Origin: the human T2T-CHM13v2.0 reference genome, Homo sapiens
NCBI RefSeq assembly: GCF_009914755.1
Contig: NC_060926.1
Direction: 5' to 3' (one strand)
Length of the DNA: 64,000 nucleotides
Below, piece by piece: positions 59,935 to 64,000 of the stretch (the first letter of the stretch is position 1; each line of letters opens with the position of its first letter). Under the pieces are notes generated by a model. That model had not been told where the DNA came from and made no database searches. It was given only the letters and a program-made list of their open reading frames with translations. A program made the position numbers and the translations under genes.

Positions 59935-60318
59935 GACTATAGAGCCAGGATAACATAGAACCACTCTGCTGAGGAAGCTGCTCCTGCTGCTGCTGTAACC
60001 AAGGAGTCAACTCTCCAATTGTCCCAGCTGCTTAGCCAGTCATCTGGCTCCTGCTTCCAGGAACAGACTCCTGCAAGGTTCTGATTCTTGGCATCATTAC
60101 CCCTTGGGTCAAAGTCTAGTGTTGATGTAACTGATTGGTGAAATGTAGATTGCTGACTGTGCTTGAGCTAAAGGCAAGATGGAAAGGAGAGTATCTAACA
60201 TTTTTGGCTTCTGTAATGGGAGATTGGACCTGCTTCCCACCAAACTTCACAGTGAGGTGATTCCCCAAACACAGGAAAAAATTCAATTAGACAAAAGGAA
60301 TAAGAAATTTCCATTACA
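59935..60318 (-). mobile_element. MLT1K-like old MaLR LTR
   Basis: tcaaagtct.g.g..gatg..ctgattgg..agtatct..catttt.ggcttct.ta.tggga..cttcccaccaa..tcca.taca. Confidence 0.6.
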
Positions 60319-60559
60319 CTGAGATATTGCAGTCAGTGATCTGGAAAGTGACAGAGATTATTACAAAAATTACTGAGAGAAAGGAAAAGTTATTTTCTAT
60401 GTTGTTCTAAAACAGTAGGGAGTTTGTATTGAGTTATGTAACTAGAAGAGAGTTCCACCATTCGACACATTTGTTCTTCTTACTTTGAATTTACAATGAA
60501 ATTATTAGTACTGAAGTTATTCTTAATGTTCCAATTATCAAGTGGCTCCTTCTAGCCTA

Positions 60560-61191
60560 TATTTTGGTGACTTTTCTGCAGTATTTCACACCACTGACTC
60601 TCTGTTGCTTAAAATTCTTTATTCTCTTGATTTCTGCAATATCCTTGAATTTTTTGTCTGGATTCTTCTTTGCCTGTCTCTTAATTCCTGAAGTTATTTA
60701 GGGTTTAATTCTTGGTTTTATTCTTATTCTGCATATTCTCTAGTAGATATTGTCTATGTCCTGAATTCTGCTACCGGCTAAGGCTGAATGATATTTACAT
60801 TTAAGGCCTTGCTGCAGATCTCTCCATGCAATACTAACCCATTTTGCCATCTACCTACTATTTGATTATCTCAAAGTTAGCCTGTCTAGAATGGACACTA
60901 TTATCTATCTTTCTCCTTCACCTTTTTTCCCCATATTTTCTATCTTATTTTGTGTTGCCAAGATTTGCTAAAACAATTAAATAAGTGGGAAATATTCTAG
61001 ATTCTTCTTCTCCCTTATGCCCATGTTCAATTAACAATTAGGTCCTTTTGACCCTATGTCTCTAATATACTATATTTTCACCTTCTCCAACCAAAATTAT
61101 TTGTTTACATGTGTTTCAATCACATTAGATAATAAATGTGTTGAAATCAGGAAAACATCTTATTTAATTTTATATTCACAGAACTGAGAAC
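60560..61191 (+). mobile_element. L2 relic (3' tip continues about 61646-61712)
   Basis: tgac.t.tctgcag.attt.acac..tgac; ttatttgtttacatgt..cattaga..taa..; agaagctcaattaaat. Confidence 0.65.
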
Positions 61192-61645
61192 TGAGACTGC
61201 CTATGTTAACATAACTTGATTATAAAGATAAAACTGTAAACTAATAAATAATTTTGCTGTTTGTTTCAGGAAATTATTGCAGACCAATTTATCCAGGCAA
61301 CAGTTTGCCCATCTGCGCAAACAGTTCTCTTATTGGACAACATCATTTTCGCTTGGGCAAACAGCTCAATTTTCAGGCAACTGTTTTCTCACAAAGAGCC
61401 TTATGTCTGTCTCAAACTATTGTGTCATGAATGTTGCCCAATCTTGACAACCTTCACACCTTAAAAAACAAACCTCAAACCATTTAAGTACAGTCCCCTA
61501 AACCCTATTAATACCCTTCTGTTGTCTCCTCTTGAGACTGATAAAACCCTGTTAATGTGGTTTTCTCCCTTATTGCAGTATGTTTAATAAATTCTGCTTT
61601 GCCAAACAACAGGTTTATCTGGTGGATGTTATAAAGGAGTCAACA
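61192..61645 (+). mobile_element. Old ERV1-type solo LTR (MER90a-like) inserted in the L2 3' end
   Basis: TG...CA ends; 3' part 'ttctcccttattgcagta.gt.taataaa.tc.gctttg..caacaggttt.tctggtgg..ggagtc.aca'. Confidence 0.55.
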
Positions 61646-63559
61646 ATCACCAGGTCCAAACACAATCTTTGACACCTAACAGAAGCTCAATTAAATTTTT
61701 TTTCATTAAGTAACTAGGCAGAAACTCAGGTAGGGTATTATATGAGATAAATATGGGGGAAAGGGAGAACAAGGTATTAGTCACAAGGAAAAAGAAAACT
61801 GGTTATACAAGAGTCCAGGAAATCTATTAAAAGGCTAAGGGAATAGAACTGACTCTGAAACATAAGAATCTTAGAGCTCCATGAGATTGTTAATCTATGA
61901 GGTTGGCCAATCAATTGTGCACACATGTGTTAGCCTCTGTAAGGTGTCACATAGAAGGGACATGAAACTATCTGATGGATCTTGCAATAAACAGTGTCAC
62001 TTTTTTCAGTATTTTCTATTCCTAAAGGAAAGGCTTTTTCTGTATTTCTGGTCTAGGATGAAGCTCAAGATTTTCCTGTATGGGTTAATGGGAGATAAAC
62101 ATACATTCATTTAAACATTCAGTATTTAGAATATTTAGTATTTAGTATTTGCTATGTCAAAACACCATTCTAGTTTCTAGCAACATTGAGATGAATATGG
62201 AGGGGGCTGAAAAACTAAGGGTTTATTTTATCAAAGAGAAGCAAATGAAAGGAAATAACATGTTAGAGCCATACAATTCTAAAAGGGCTCATTCATGTTC
62301 ATAAATTTTCAGGTTATCTTCTGCTGACCCTCAGAAAAACCTATAGAAGGCAAAAACATCTTCGAAGGAGGTTCTCTTTACTTCACGTGAACTCATCATT
62401 AACTTAAGTACTGTAGCCTAGAAATCATTGTCAATTGCATTTTTTTTGCAGAGCAAAACCACCTTTTTTGTTTGTTTGTTTAAAGGAGTGGAACACTGAG
62501 TAACTCTTGAAATGGAAAATGACTATATATCACTTAGTATAATTATGGCCTTCACCAATAACTTTATCTGTCAAGCCAAATAATTAGTAAAGCTCTCCAG
62601 TGTGGTAAATCCAAAATGCTCTTGGTCATTTACTCCAGTGTATAACAGCTTTTAATATCAGTAAATATTTCTTAGCAACAAATGTTAAATCTTCCTTCTC
62701 TTGTGAATACTAGGTCTCATTTTCTTGTTCTTGATTCAATAAAGATGAAGACAGTCTGGCTGTTCTTCAAGAAAGAAAAATGTTAGAGGCTTACATTAAT
62801 TAAACTATTGGTATATTTGTTGAAGTTCATGAGACGCTGAATTATACCCTAGGAAGTAAGACATACATGCAAAAAACAAAACAAAACAACAACAACAAAA
62901 AACAAACAAACAGCAAAGTAACAATGCCCAATTATATAAAGGCCAAAAAGCTCAGGTGAAAAAGTGCAAACAGAAGTGGAGGCCAAGAAAAGAATGTGGG
63001 AGAGAATGAAATATGTGAGCCTCAAACAGAATAGAAAAATGGGCAAAAAGAAAAGGTTGGGGAGGGAAGGAAAGCAGCATGAATGAAGGATGATAAAGGA
63101 TTAGTTTGAAGGTGAAATTTTACTTTATTCTTAACACCAGAGATCTATATGCTACTCACGGATATTTATTAAATAATTATGAGTAATGCATACTCATTAA
63201 AATATAAATACATTTAAGATAGAAAGAACAATAAAAATTATCTCTAATCACACTATTCCCTCCTCCCTATTGATGTTTTAGCCTTGTTTATTACAGACCT
63301 TTTCTGGGCACTTTAAAAGGCGTACTTTCACCCAAATACAGACTTGATTGTGAACTTTTAAATTTATTATTGCATAAGATTTTTTATGTTAGTTATACAT
63401 CTCATTTGATCAAGTATATATACGCCAAAGTTTTATTTAATAATTCATACATAGTTATATCTTTGAGTAACCTTATAATTAGAATTTGTATAAATCGTTT
63501 TGCTACTAAGATCTTTGTACAAAATACTATTTTTCTGTTGTATAATCACTGAGAATGGA

Positions 63560-63818
63560 GTGAAATGGAGTGGACAAAACACAGACTTTGGAGTTAAATA
63601 GAACTGGTTTTGATTTTCAGTTCTGCTCCTTATAGCTTGTAATTTTAAGCAATGTATCTAACTTCTCTTGGGCCTTGGTTTCCTAAAATATAAAATAAAA
63701 ATCACTATGGTTACTTTGTAGTACTATTCTGAGAATAAGAATTAATAACTGCAAAGTGTAATGTGCTTAGAACATTCCCTGACACACAATGAATGCTCAT
63801 TAAATAACAGTTATTATC
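63560..63818 (+). mobile_element. MIR, near full length
   Basis: acagactttggagt..ctgg.tttga.t..cagttctgc..taacttctct.ggcct.ggtttcct..gtgcttagaaca..cctgacaca..tgctca.taaat. Confidence 0.88.
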
Positions 63819-64000
63819 AATATTGTTATGAGTATTAAACCTGATATTATATGGTTCTCCTTGGGGATAATGGGAAATATCCCACGGTTGGGGTGGGGAT
63901 AGGAAGATGTCATGAAGGAAAACATGAAAAATAAATTCAAAGTGAAGTTTGTAGCCTGATTTAATAGAATATGAGCATCTATTCAAATTCTACCTTTCAG

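Noticed and set aside
63975-64000. Window ends in an acceptor-like 'ttctacctttcag'
   Set aside because: Downstream sequence is not visible and the pyrimidine tract is short; cannot be evaluated.

Overview
AT-rich, CpG-poor primate genomic DNA, most likely human or great ape given the AluY and L1PA3-like insertions. It looks intronic or intergenic. I cannot support any cellular protein-coding gene, tRNA/rRNA gene or CRISPR array. Every recognisable ORF in the track is transposon-derived (Alu antisense frames, L1 ORF2 pieces, THE1-internal ORF, ERVL gag/pol relics). About half the window is interspersed repeat: 8 Alus, L1s from L1PA3 to L1M/HAL1 age, a THE1A provirus, an ancient two-LTR ERVL (LTR16/ERV3-16A3-like) provirus, several solo LTRs, L2, MIR and hAT MITEs, often nested with readable target-site duplications (TSDs). 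The most notable structures are: (1) a twin-primed, 5'-inverted young L1 inside the ERVL RT region that creates a chimeric 233-codon ORF; (2) two head-to-tail THE1 LTRs sharing one TSD; (3) a THE1A with a nearly deleted 3' LTR; (4) a strong non-coding + strand exon candidate flanked by inverted Alus; (5) CTCF-like motifs. I found no convincing previously undescribed biological system. Subfamily names come from remembered consensus motifs, and boundaries of old repeats are approximate. Both need RepeatMasker/Dfam confirmation.
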